A stretch of DNA of 64,000 bases, taken from assembly GCA_965249725.1 (NCBI GenBank), contig OZ252251.1:672001-736000 (forward strand). The letters are read 5' to 3'. Below are positions 37,594 to 48,204 of this stretch, piece after piece. The stretch comes from Longimicrobiales bacterium (GTDB lineage: Bacteria > Gemmatimonadota > Gemmatimonadetes > Longimicrobiales > Gaopeijiaceae). The position numbers were made by a program, and so were the translations under genes. The notes under the pieces were generated by a model, which saw only the letters and a program-made list of their open reading frames with translations, made no database searches and was not told the DNA's origin. How positions within the stretch are numbered: the stretch's first letter is position 1; each line of letters opens with the position of its first letter.

Positions 37594-38157
37594 CTAGTCC
37601 GACCCGTCCAGGGCGGTCATGACGGCGGCCTCGATGTTCTGCTCCGGCCCCACCCCGGTGTAGGTGACGACGCCCTGCGTGTCCAAGACGACGATGTATG
37701 AGGTGGCGGGAGCGAGGAAGGCTCGCACGGCTCGCCCACCTTCGTCCCAGATCGTGGCGTAGTCGACCGGATGGTCCGCGAGCGCTCGCTTGACCGATCG
37801 GGGCGACTGAGACACGGCGACGCTGATGGCCAGAAACTCGATGCGGTCACGGAATCGCCCATAAACGTCGACCATCTGTGGCACGAGCGCCTCGCAGTTC
37901 TCGCACCATCGTGCGTAGAACTCGATCAGTAGAGGCTTCTCGCCCACGTAGTCCGTCAGCTTCACCGGGTTGCCATCGAGGTCCGCGATCTCCACGAGCT
38001 CGGGGCGCTCCCCCAGCGCGATTCCCACCTCCCCACGCATCTGGGCTGAGGCGCTCCGAGGAGCTGTCACGAGAATCGTGAAGACCAGCATCGTGACGAG
38101 TGTCGGAAGCAGGCCCGCGGACGGGTGCCAGAGTCCATCGAGATCGATCTTGTTCAC
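37594..38157 (-). CDS. TlpA/ResA-like thioredoxin
   Basis: N-terminal TM, LIEFYARWCENC, cis-Pro region APATSY; GTG overlaps the ccdA stop. Confidence 0.85.
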   Translation of the reverse strand: MNKIDLDGLWHPSAGLLPTLVTMLVFTILVTAPRSASAQMRGEVGIALGERPELVEIADLDGNPVKLTDYVGEKPLLIEFYARWCENCEALVPQMVDVYGRFRDRIEFLAISVAVSQSPRSVKRALADHPVDYATIWDEGGRAVRAFLAPATSYIVVLDTQGVVTYTGVGPEQNIEAAVMTALDGSD

Positions 38158-38882
38158 AGTACCATGCCCACCTGAACGAAGTAGTACTCGGCCATCAAGA
38201 GCATAATCACCGCGGCGGCCTTTTTGATCCAGACCATCCACGAGCCGGAGGCGGGCAACGCCGCTCCGAAGCCCGAGAAGAGGCCCACTCCAACCAGTAG
38301 CGCCGTCATCCCGAGGGAGAAGACGAACAGGTAGAGGAAGCCCATCAGTCCCGCCTGGGTCGCCGCCACCCACGTGAGAACCACGGCGAACGCGGGTGCG
38401 CCACACGGAGCGGCCACGACGCCCGAGGTCGCTCCGAGGGCGAACACTGCGGGATAGGAGCCGCCTCCCAGGCCGCCCGCCCACGCCAGAAGCCGTCGGG
38501 GCGCGGAGAGGGGGAAGACGTCGAGCATGGCCAGGCCGAACACCAGAAGCAGGTTGGCGATCGCGAACCGGGCCCACGGGCTCGCGCTCACGGTCCCGAA
38601 AAGTGTGCCCGTCATGCCGGCGATGAGTCCCACCGTGGCGTAGAGCAGTGCGAGGCCCATCACATAGGTGAGCGTAAGACCGACGACCCTCGATCGGGGC
38701 GCGTCGTGGTCCGTCGTGCCGGCCAGGACGGAGGCCGTGATCGGGATCATCGGGTAGATGCACGGCGTCAGGCTTGTCAGCACGCCAGCCCCGAACAGAG
38801 TCACGAGCGCGAGGAGCGGGCTTTGCGAAAGGCTCTCCGAGAGGCCGGAGCTCTGAAGCGTCAGATAGAGCATGGCCGTCAT
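38154..38882 (-). CDS. ccdA: CcdA/DsbD-beta membrane electron transporter
   Basis: SLTPCIYPMIP and AAPCGAP motifs; multiple TM helices. Confidence 0.88.
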   Translation of the reverse strand: MTAMLYLTLQSSGLSESLSQSPLLALVTLFGAGVLTSLTPCIYPMIPITASVLAGTTDHDAPRSRVVGLTLTYVMGLALLYATVGLIAGMTGTLFGTVSASPWARFAIANLLLVFGLAMLDVFPLSAPRRLLAWAGGLGGGSYPAVFALGATSGVVAAPCGAPAFAVVLTWVAATQAGLMGFLYLFVFSLGMTALLVGVGLFSGFGAALPASGSWMVWIKKAAAVIMLLMAEYYFVQVGMVL

Positions 38883-39030
38883 TGTAGTGGGACGAAACCG
38901 AAGTTCCTAGCGTCGCTCCGACCGAAGTGCTCGCTTTGACGTTTGGGGTGGGGCAAGTTAGATGGTAGGCGCCGTACAGACCTACCGCGGGAAACTCCAC
39001 TTCACGAACTCTCCAATTGAGGACTCGAGC

Positions 39031-42000
39031 GTGCGGAAAACCGGCCATCATCGACTTCACCCCCTGTCCGCCGCTTCGAAGCGCGGCGACAGGATAGACT
39101 TCCAGAAGCTCCTTCCTGTGACCGTCGCGCTGTCCCTCGGCTTGACGAGTTGTGGAGGTGGTGGAGACGGTGGCGGTGGTGGTGGTGGCGGCGTCCAACC
39201 CGATCCTCCCAGGGCAACGAGCATGACCGCGTCGCCCACGACCGTGGCATTGGCCTTCTTGGGAGAGTCGACGCACCTGACCGCTTCGGTACGAGATCAA
39301 AACGGACAGCCCTTCAATACGTCCGTCACCTGGTCGTCGGCCGATCCGAGTGTGGCCACCGTGTCTGCGAGTGGCGACGTGACGGCAGTGGCCAACGGTA
39401 CGACTCAGGTGAACGCCGCGGCCGGATCGGTATCGGCCACGGTGGCGGTGACCGTGCAGCAGGTGGCAACCCAAGTGACGATCGTCTCGGGAGACGGCCA
39501 GACCGCGGCGGTAGGCGCGGCCCTGGCGAACCCTCTGGTCGCCCAGAGCAGCGACGCCGGTGGTGCCGCGGTTGGCAACACCGCCATGTCCCTCGCGGTG
39601 ACGACAGGCGGCGGAGCGCTTACGGAGACCTCGGTGACGACCGGCGCAGACGGAAGGGCATCTTCTTCTTGGACGTTAGGCACCGTAGCGGGCACTCAGG
39701 AGGTCACGGCATCCATCGTCGGTGTGACCGGCGGGGCAGCACGGTTCACTGCGGAAGCGACGGCGGGTGCGGCGACGGCCTTTGCGGTTGAGTCCGGTAA
39801 CAACCAGTCCGGTCCGAAGGGCTTTGCCCTTGCGGCGCCGGTCGTTGTGAAGCTCTCCGACGAGTTCGGAAACGGGGTCGCAGACGGCTCCGTTACGTTC
39901 GCGGTAACGGGTGGAGGCGGTTCGGTAGCTCCCGCGGTCGCCACAACGGGATCCGACGGTCTAGCCGAGGCAGCTTGGACCATGGGACCGGCACAGGGCC
40001 CAAACGTGATGACGGCGACGGTTGCGGGTTTCGATGCCGTGACGCTCAACGCCACTTCCGTAGGGATTGCCGATCTCACAGTGGGAGCGATCACCACGAG
40101 CCCGTCATTCCCCACGCCGGCGGATGCGATCACCGCGACCGCGACGATCACCAATGGCGGTGATGGTTCCACGGTGATCGCGTTTCCCGTTCGAGTCCTC
40201 GTGGACAACGTCGAGCAGGCGACGGTCACGGTGGCGGCCCTCGCCGCCGGGGCCGCATTCACGGTGAATCTCCCCGTCGGTGCGTTGGCCGAAGGCACGC
40301 ACGCCTTGAGCGTCGAAGCCGACCCTGATGCGAACGTCCCAGAGTCGGACGAGACCAACAATACGGCGGCGGCGACGGTGAGTTCGCAGACCGGCACAGC
40401 TCTCGCGGCGGGCACCCCCGTGACGGGATTGTCGGGGGCCGCGGGCACCATGACCTTCTTCACGTTCGAGGTTCCCGGCCCGACCGCCGCGCCAGGCCAG
40501 GCGGCGGTGGCGAGCTCTATTCAGGTGGGTGAGGGCCCACAGAAGCCTGGACCTTCGGTTGGGGACATCCGGAAGGTGAACCCAGGTCCAGCCGCCACGT
40601 CATCGGCATCTGTGGTGACCGGGACGGTGAGTCAGTTGGACGTAACCCTGTCGGGCGGCACGGGCGACGCGGACTTGTACGTCAACTTCGGGGATCGGCC
40701 CGATGTCCTGGCAGACTGGGATTGCTTCTCGCTGACGTTCACGAGTGAGGAGACCTGTACCCTGACCGATCCGGTGCCAGGCACCTATCACATCGGGTTT
40801 CAGGCGTTCGGCGCCTTTTCCGGCCTTACGGTCAACGCCGAGACGGTCGTGACCTTCCCCGACCTCGGCGTGACCTCGGTCAACGTGACCCCGGCCAGTC
40901 CCACGCTCACTCAGACCGTCGACGTCGACGTGGTCGTCTCGAACATTGGCGATGGCCCGACCGTTCTGGACTTCGACACCCGACTCATGGTGGACGGAGT
41001 GGCGGTCGAGAGCACGAACGTCAGCGCCCTGGGGACGGGGGGGACCGCCAACGTGTCGTTCACCACGGGCCCGCTCGCCGAAGGGGATCATACGTTCGGG
41101 ATCGAGGTGGACCCGGCGGATGTGATCGACGAGTCGAATGAGGCGAACAACACCACGGAAACGACTGTATCCGCGGTCGATGCGACGCCCATCGTCGCAG
41201 GTATGGCGGTCGACGGGCTATCCGGCGCTGTCGGTAGCGCCGCCTTCTTCACCATCGAGGTGCCGGCCGCAGCGGCCGCACCGGCGTGGGGTCCGGTAGC
41301 GAGTTCCATCGAGGCCGGCGTGGGACCCCAGAAGTTCAGTTCGGCCAGGGGCCGGCCGAGGACGGTCGACTTCGACGGGGACGCGGCTGGCTTCACGGCG
41401 GCGGCTGCGATCACGCAACTCGAGATCACGCTCTCGGGCGGGACCGGGGATTCCGATCTCTTCGTGAGCCATGGGAGCCGCGGAAGTACCACGCCATCGC
41501 CCACCGATTGGGATTGTGCCTCGCAAGGTCCCGCGAGCACCGAGTCGTGCGTGTTCAACAGCCCGGCACCCGGCACGTACCACATCATGATACAGGGCTT
41601 TTCCGCCTTCTCCGGGGCGAGCCTGTTGGGGGCGACGTCCGAGGGCCCGGTGGAGAGCGCATTCAAGATCGAGTTGGTGTACATCAACCATGGCACCGCC
41701 TCTCAGGACGCCGCCTTCCAAGCCGCGGCGGATCGTTGGATGAGCATCATCACTGCCGATGTACCCAGCGTTTCGGTGAGTCTCGCGGCCGACGACTGTA
41801 CGGACGGGTCGCCCGCGTTCACGGGCCTGGTCGACGACTTGATCATCTACGTGGACATCACGCCCATCGACGGGCTCTTCAACACCGTGGGACAGGCCGG
41901 CCCCTGCATCATCCGAGGCGGCACCGGTATTCCCGCCGTCGGAGCGATGCAGTTCGACAATGCCGATCTCGCGCAGATGGAGAACAGACGGCGACCTCGT

Positions 42001-42508
42001 GGAGGTGGCTATCCACGAAATGGGCCACGTGCTCGGAGTCGGCGTGCTGTGGAACCAGCTCGGATTCATCACGAATCCGTCTCTCCCCTCCAATGGAGGC
42101 ACCCAGGGCGCCGACACGCACTTCACCGGTCCGTTGGCGATCGCGGCCTTCGACGCAGCGGGCGGGACGGGGTACACCGGGGGATCCAAGGTGCCGGTCG
42201 AAAATATGCTCGGGGACGGCTCCGGGGATTCCCACTGGAGGGAGGATCCCTTGGGCAACGAGCTCATGACGCCTTCGTTCACTGCCGGGCAGGTGAACCC
42301 GCTGAGCGCGATCTCGATCCAATCCGTGGCGGACATAGGCTACACGGTCGATGTCTCGCAGGCGGAGCCGTACAGCAAGGCATTCACGAGTCCGCCTAGG
42401 GCTCCAGCACCCGGAGTGCGCATGATCGATCTTTCCAACGACGTCCGGCGAGGGCCCATCCGTGTGGTGGACGAGAACGGTCGAGTGCTGCGGGAGATCC
42501 GGCGATGA
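39031..42508 (+). pseudogene. Large lipoprotein (Ig-like, CARDB, PPC domains) with a C-terminal leishmanolysin-like Zn metalloprotease, split by a 1-nt insertion at ~41983
   Basis: LTSC lipobox; E..ESDETNN CARDB; GGTGDADLYV PPC; HEMGH, SHW, ELMT lie in the shifted frame. Confidence 0.8.
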
Positions 42509-43206
42509 GCGGCGTGCGAGGAGCCCGGCGAGGAGCCCGGCGAGGAGCCCGGCGGCGGGCCCGGCGGTGGGCCCGGCGGGGGGGAGCGTTGGCCTTGCTG
42601 TTCCTGGCGCCTCTTGCTCTCGCATCGTGCACGGGATCTGGAGGCGAGTCTTCGTCTGAGGGCGGAGATGTGCCTGAGGCCTCGGTCGAAGCCGCCGCGA
42701 CGTGCGTGGAGTCGATGGGCTCGCTCGGATTAGGTGCCTCGTTGAACGGCCGGGCTGGAGAGTACGTGCTGACGATGGTGGGAGGCGCCGAGGGCGACGA
42801 CCCGGCTTCCGTCCAGGGAGCCCTCGCTCTGCAGGATCAATTAGAAGATCTGAGGCAGTTTTCAGGGAGCGGCGGAGACGCGATTCCCGGCGTACTCTCG
42901 CCCCTCTTTGGCACGACCGATGTGGGCGTCGAGGGCGTGGGAGCACTCCGGGTCGGTGATCTGTCGAGTGTCGATCCCGCTGCTCCCGGCGTCCTCGTCA
43001 TCGAGAGCAAGACTGCCGAAGGGCCCAGCATTCTCCTTCGGTTCGGGTCTGATGCGAACCGTCGGGACGTGGTTCGCTTCGACGGTGGATTCACGGTCCT
43101 GGAGCTCACCGAGATCAGGGACGACGGGTTTAGCGGGAGGTGGAACAGCGGCGCACAGGGCCCGAGAGCAGCCGGGTATTTCTGTGCCGAGCTGGTGTCG
43201 GGCTAA
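42505..43206 (+). CDS. Hypothetical lipoprotein
   Basis: ATGA overlap with the upstream stop; LASC lipobox; 12-bp repeats at 42516-42579. Confidence 0.65.
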   Translation: MSGVRGARRGARRGARRRARRWARRGGALALLFLAPLALASCTGSGGESSSEGGDVPEASVEAAATCVESMGSLGLGASLNGRAGEYVLTMVGGAEGDDPASVQGALALQDQLEDLRQFSGSGGDAIPGVLSPLFGTTDVGVEGVGALRVGDLSSVDPAAPGVLVIESKTAEGPSILLRFGSDANRRDVVRFDGGFTVLELTEIRDDGFSGRWNSGAQGPRAAGYFCAELVSG

Positions 43207-43321
43207 CGGTCCCCGGCAACTTTTCCGCCGCTCGAATGGTCCAACTGCGCAAAGAGAAACCCCTCGGGCGTTACCCGCGTAGGGGGGTTGCAGGAGAGAC
43301 ACAGAACTTCAACGGGAGCCG

Positions 43322-43612
43322 AACAGCGCCATGATGACCGGGGAGCGCGTGGGCGTCGGCCACGACCCGAGCCGCGGGGCCGCCTACGTCGAGGGGTGGG
43401 TCGCTGCCCTCGAGGAGGATCCCCGGGAGATCCGCCGCGCCGCGGCCGACGCACAGAAGATCTCCGACTTCGTGCTCGCCCGAAGCCGTGAGCGCCAGGT
43501 CGAGCGCGAGCCGGCGCCCGTGGCCGCCACCCGCGCCCCCGCCCGGGAGCCCGCCGTCCGGCCGGAGCTTCCGCTGCCGCTACCGAACCGGAGCTTCGGC
43601 CCGCGCCGCTGA
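43322..43612 (+). pseudogene. ardC: ArdC-family antirestriction protein, C-terminal fragment
   Basis: SAMMTGERVGVGHDPSRGAAYVEGWVAALEEDPREIRRAAADAQKISDF; N-terminus missing. Confidence 0.7.
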
Positions 43613-43630
43613 CGCCCAAGGAGGGACAAC

Positions 43631-44512
43631 ATGATGGACCGAACGATCGAATCGGACCCGCGCCCCGCCGCGCCACAAAGCCGCACTCACTACCGCATGC
43701 GGGACGGCCATCGCCGAGAATACGACGCGCGCGAGGGCGCCGGGTCCATCTCCTTCCGCGACCGCTCCGAGCGGGCGCTCGCCGATGTGGGCATCTACCG
43801 CTGCGTCTCGTTCCGGGACCTGGCCGAGACCCATTTCGGCGGGCATCCTTACACCACCCGGCGGGCCGTGAACGCCTGGATCCGCGAAGGGCTCGCCAAG
43901 GAGTCCACGGCCGAGGGGCCGAAGGGAAGGCCGTTCAAGGTTCTGACGCTCACACGGAGCGGCGTCGCCGCCACACGTGAGCTGGCCTCCGCGCGAGGGC
44001 TGGATCCCGGCCAGGAGATCGGTATCGCTCGCCTCCAACGCTCCCAGCTCGCACACGACACCGCGATCTACAGGGCCTGCGGGCTCGAGCGCCAACGCCT
44101 GCTTGAGCGGGGCGCCACCATCCGGCGCGTGCGGCTCGACGGCGAGCTCAAGAGCACCGTCGCACGCAAGAGCGAGGCCGCAAGGGTGAGAGACGGCCGG
44201 CGGGCCGGCGACGCCGAACGGCACCGCGCCGCCCAAGAACTGGACCTGCCTATCGACGCCCGGGGACGCGTGCTCTACCCCGATGCACAGATCGAATACA
44301 CCGACTCCGACGGGCGGAGCGGCCGCGTCAACATCGAGGTCGCCTCCGGCAACTACCGCCAGGGAGCGGTCCGGGCCAAGGCCGCCGCCGGGTTCCGGAT
44401 GCATGCCAACGGACCGGCCGGGAGACGGGTCCTCCGAATCCTCGGGCCGGGCAACGATCGTAGCTCCCTGCGCGGCCCGGCCGAGCACGACCCCGCGGCG
44501 CTCGAGCTCTAA
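43631..44512 (+). CDS. Plasmid/ICE protein, wHTH + PD-(D/E)xK (replication-relaxation-like)
   Basis: LTLTRSG, QLAHD, YPDAQIEY, VNIEV. Confidence 0.55.
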   Translation: MMDRTIESDPRPAAPQSRTHYRMRDGHRREYDAREGAGSISFRDRSERALADVGIYRCVSFRDLAETHFGGHPYTTRRAVNAWIREGLAKESTAEGPKGRPFKVLTLTRSGVAATRELASARGLDPGQEIGIARLQRSQLAHDTAIYRACGLERQRLLERGATIRRVRLDGELKSTVARKSEAARVRDGRRAGDAERHRAAQELDLPIDARGRVLYPDAQIEYTDSDGRSGRVNIEVASGNYRQGAVRAKAAAGFRMHANGPAGRRVLRILGPGNDRSSLRGPAEHDPAALEL

Positions 44513-44521
44513 GGACCTCGC

Positions 44522-44836
44522 GTGCAACCCTGGAAGATCAGCGTAGGGCTCAGCGCTGCCCTTGCCGGCTCGGTCGTCCTCCTAGCCGGATCCCGCCTCG
44601 AGTACCTCGCGCCGTTCTGGCGGATGATACTCGCCGACCATGGCGCCTCGCTCGTGATGCACCTCGGGCTGGCGCTCGCGGCGGTCGCGGCCGCCATCTA
44701 CGCCATCGCCCGCGGTGCCGGGCTCGCCGACCTGGGCCGCCGCGTCGATCTCGCCGAACGCTCCGTCCGCCGCGGCGAGGGCGATCCCGCACTCGCCGAC
44801 GCGCTCCGCAGGGATGCGGAGGGCGAGTGGGACTGA
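44522..44836 (+). CDS. Small membrane protein
   Basis: Two hydrophobic segments; AAGGA RBS. Confidence 0.5.
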   Translation: MQPWKISVGLSAALAGSVVLLAGSRLEYLAPFWRMILADHGASLVMHLGLALAAVAAAIYAIARGAGLADLGRRVDLAERSVRRGEGDPALADALRRDAEGEWD

Positions 44837-45403
44837 GCCCAGACCCTTGCCGGGGCTGGACGCGTCCCCGGAAGACGCACTCCCGATGTGGAGCTGGTGA
44901 GCCTCGAACTACGACTGGTGAAATGGATCGTCGGTGCCGCGCTGGCCGGCGCCGGCCTCGTCATCGCGGCCGTATGGCTCTTCGGCGGCCAGCCTTACAT
45001 CCCCGTTTTTGGGGCTTAGGAGCCGTCCCAAGAAGGCTTAGCAGCTTCTGGGCGCCTAGAAGCCGTTTACCCCCCCGGATCCGTCTCCAGGTCCTCGACG
45101 TCGGCCTGCTCCGCGCCGCCCTCGCCCTCCTGGAAGCCGAACTCGGCCGCGATGGACCAGCTGCAAGCGACCGGCAGCCCCAAGTCGCCGGTCGCGTCCA
45201 GCGTCGCGCCGAGGTCGGCCGATCGCCAAATCAAGACCGCAGGCTCGCCGCCGAGCATCGTGATCGTCACGTCTCCTCCTCCTGGGCCATTCGGCAGGGT
45301 TGACCTCATCCGGGAATCGTGACCGTAGGGACCCGTAACCACGGGACACAGCGGCCGATATAGCCGGTGGAGGCCCGTCCGGTCTGGCCCGCCCGGGATC
45401 CAC

Positions 45404-47532
45404 CTACGCCTCGTGGGGGTCGGGCATGCGGTAGCCGACGCCGTGCTCGTTGAAGATGTAGGCGGGAGTGGAGGCGCTGTCGCCGAGCTTGTGGCGGAGC
45501 CTCTTGACGGCCGATCGGATGCGGTCGGCGTTGTCGGCGTGGCGCCTGCCCCACACCCGGCGGAGCAGGACGCGGGTCGTCACGACATCCCCGGCGTTGA
45601 GGGAAAGGACGCGGAGGAGATCGAACTCGGTGGCCGTGAGCGGGACCACTTGGCCGGCCAGGCTCACCCGCCGGGGTCCGTAGTCGATGGCGAGGTCGCC
45701 GAGGACGAACGTCTCGGGCTCGGCCCGGTCCCTGAGCGCGGCCTGGACACGGGCCACGAGCTCGGTGGGGGAGAACGGCTTGACGATGTAGTCGGCCGCG
45801 CCGCTCTCGAGCGCCTTGGCGATCGTCTCGTCGCGCCCGTAGGCGGAGATGAAGATGACAGGGAGGTGGTCGAGCTCGGGCACCTGCTTCATGAGCTCGA
45901 TGCCGTCGGTTCCGGGGAGCATCAGGTCGAGGAGCACGAGGCCGGGCCTCTCGGAGCGGATCAAGCGGGAGAGCCCTGCCGGATCGCCCGTGACGACCGG
46001 CGCGTAGCCTGCGTCGGACAGCACGCTCCTCACGTAGCGCAGCGTCTCGGGATCGTCGTCGAGGATGAGGATCGGCGTCTTCGCGCGGCCTCGCCCGGGA
46101 GCGCGCGGCGGGCCGCCGGACGGCGCTCCCTCCGGGGCGGCGCCTCCGGCGACCGGGATCGTGAACGTGAAGCGGGATCCGAGGCCCATCCCTCCGCTCT
46201 CGGCCCGGATGCGGCCGGCGTGCGCCTCGACGAGCCCTTTGCATATCGCGAGGCCGAGTCCGGTGCCTCCGGCCAGCCCGGCCCGCTTGCGGAAGAGGTG
46301 CGGGACTGCGTCGGGGGATGGCGGCCCCCGCCGGTCAGGAACGTGGTGCGGGCCTGGTCGACGAGCGCGGCGACGTTCGAGGGCTCGGGCGCGACGGTGA
46401 GCGTCCCCGCCTCGATGCTGCCCGCGTCGAGGAGGTTCGCGATCAGGCGCCTCATGCGGTCGGCCTGCCCGTCGATGATGCGGAAGAACTGGCGCATCTC
46501 GGCCCGCGTCGGAGCCGGGGCGGCGTGGAGCACGGTCGTCGTCGAGCCCTTGATCGAGGTGAGCGGCGCGCGCAGCTCGTGGCTCACCATCTCGAGGAAC
46601 TCCGCCCGCTGCCGCTCGAGCTCCTCGAGCGGCGCGAGATCCTGCATCGTGACGACGACCGAGACGACCATGCCGTCGTCCGAGCGGATGGGGGTGGCGT
46701 TGACGAGCGTGCGCATGCTCCGCCCGTCGGGCACCGACAGCTCGATCTCCTCGGCGTGGGTCCCCGTACTGCCCTCGAGCTGGTGGACAAGGGGAAGCTC
46801 TTCGAAGGAGACCTCCCGCCCGTCGGCGCGCCGGCAGGTCACCACGTCGAGGAGCTGTTCGGTGGGGCAGCCCGGCGTCCGGATCTCCTCGACGATGCGC
46901 CGCGCCTCACGGTTGAGCGAGACCGCCCGGCCGGTGGCCGCGTCCAGCACCACGACGCCGACCGGCGAGGTCTCGACCAGCGCCTCGAGGTTGGCCCGCG
47001 CCCGCTCCACGTCGCGGTGCGTCCTGGCGTTCACGATCGCCGTCGCCGCCTGCGAGGCGAAGAGCACCAGGATCTCCTCGTCCTCGGCGGTGAACGCCTC
47101 CCCGTCCTCCTTGTCGCCGAGGAAGAAGTGGCCGAGATGCTCGCCCCGGTGGTGCATCGGAGCTCCCTGCAGCGACCTGGAGGCCCAGGGGACCGCGGAA
47201 AAGCCGAGCGATTTCAGGTAACCGGAAAGGTCCGCCACCCGAAGCGGCCCCGGACGGTCCCACAGGTGCTCGAAGAGCCGAGGCCCGTCCGGCCACTCGA
47301 TGATCTCCCGGCGCTCCTCCCGCGAGACGCCGGAGGTGATGAAGCTCCGGATCCGTCCCCGCTCGCAGACCATCGCAATCGCACCGGAGTTGGCACCGGT
47401 GAGCGAGCGGGCGCCCGCGATGGCTTCCCGGAGCACCCTGGCCACATCGAGGCTCTGGCTGATGCGGAGGATCGCCGCGCTCAGCCGGGACGCGCGGTCC
47501 GCCGAGGGTCCGCTCCGGTCCGGATCGCTGAT
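45404..47532 (-). pseudogene. GAF-PAS-HisKA-HATPase-REC-OmpR wHTH hybrid with internal deletion and frameshift at ~46318
   Basis: SHELRAPL H-box; jumps from GGGRH to [15 protein letters not shown] in another frame with N/G1 boxes missing; LDLMLPG, KPFS, TEFDLL, GVGYRM; no ATG at the expected start. Confidence 0.8.
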
Positions 47533-47704
47533 CGTTCCGCTCCCGCCACAGGGTGAGACGTCCGGCGGGGGCTCCGCCGGACTGCCGGGGACGGAAAAGA
47601 TAGCGTCGCTCGGAAAAAGAGAAAAACGCGTGTCACGACCATGACATGCGGGTTTTCCACAATGTCACAACTCAGGCACGAAATACCGCCTAGATTGTCG
47701 GCAA

Positions 47705-47732
47705 GCTCCCGATAATTGCAGTTATCGGGAGC
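47705..47732. other. dif/lox-like tyrosine-recombinase site
   Basis: GCTCCCGATAA-TTGCAG-TTATCGGGAGC: perfect 11-6-11 palindrome 60 bp from the recombinase 3' end. Confidence 0.6.
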
Positions 47733-47791
47733 AAAGCATCAAGAAAAATGTGACAAGAGCGCGCAAAGGCAACCCCGGCGGCCTTCGGCGC

Positions 47792-48122
47792 TCACTTGCG
47801 CTTCTGCAGCCGTGCGAGCTGCGCGGCGCCGTTCCGCTGCGCGAGCAGCCGCTCGCCGTAACGCTGCACCATCGAGGCGCTCTTCCAGCGCCCGGCCTGC
47901 ATGATCGCGGGGATCCCGATCCCCGAAGCGATCATGTCCTGGGCCGCCCCCACGCGCGGGCTGTGCCCGGAGATCCGCCGCACCACGTCGGAAGGCAGGC
48001 CCGCGCGCTCGGCCATCGCGCGGTAAATGCGCGGCACATGGCTTGGGTCGAGCGCCTCGCCCAAGGCGCCGTCCTTCGTGACCGAACGGAACAGCCTGCC
48101 CGAAGCGATGCCTGTGCGCGCC
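47792..48122 (-). pseudogene. Cre-like tyrosine recombinase, C-terminal fragment
   Basis: SGHSPRVGAAQDM, IMQAGRWKSASMVQRY (HxxR, W, Y); N-terminal half absent. Confidence 0.8.
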
Positions 48123-48204
48123 CGCGGCAGCCCACGGCCACGGCTGTCGGGGAGCGCCGCCACTCGCTCGCCTCCACACGGCGTGCCTGCTCCTGCTCGG
48201 GGCG

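Noticed and set aside
37594..39474. 626-aa ORF as one protein
   Set aside because: Only the last 187 aa are thioredoxin-like; the rest overlaps ccdA and the lipoprotein in other frames
43259..43320. IS end or att site at the island's left edge
   Set aside because: An imperfect hairpin and an abrupt ardC junction are present, but no partner repeat or tRNA was found in the window
44885..45020. Membrane-anchor fragment LELRLVKWIVGAALAGAG
   Set aside because: Too short and lacks a clear start; cannot be assigned
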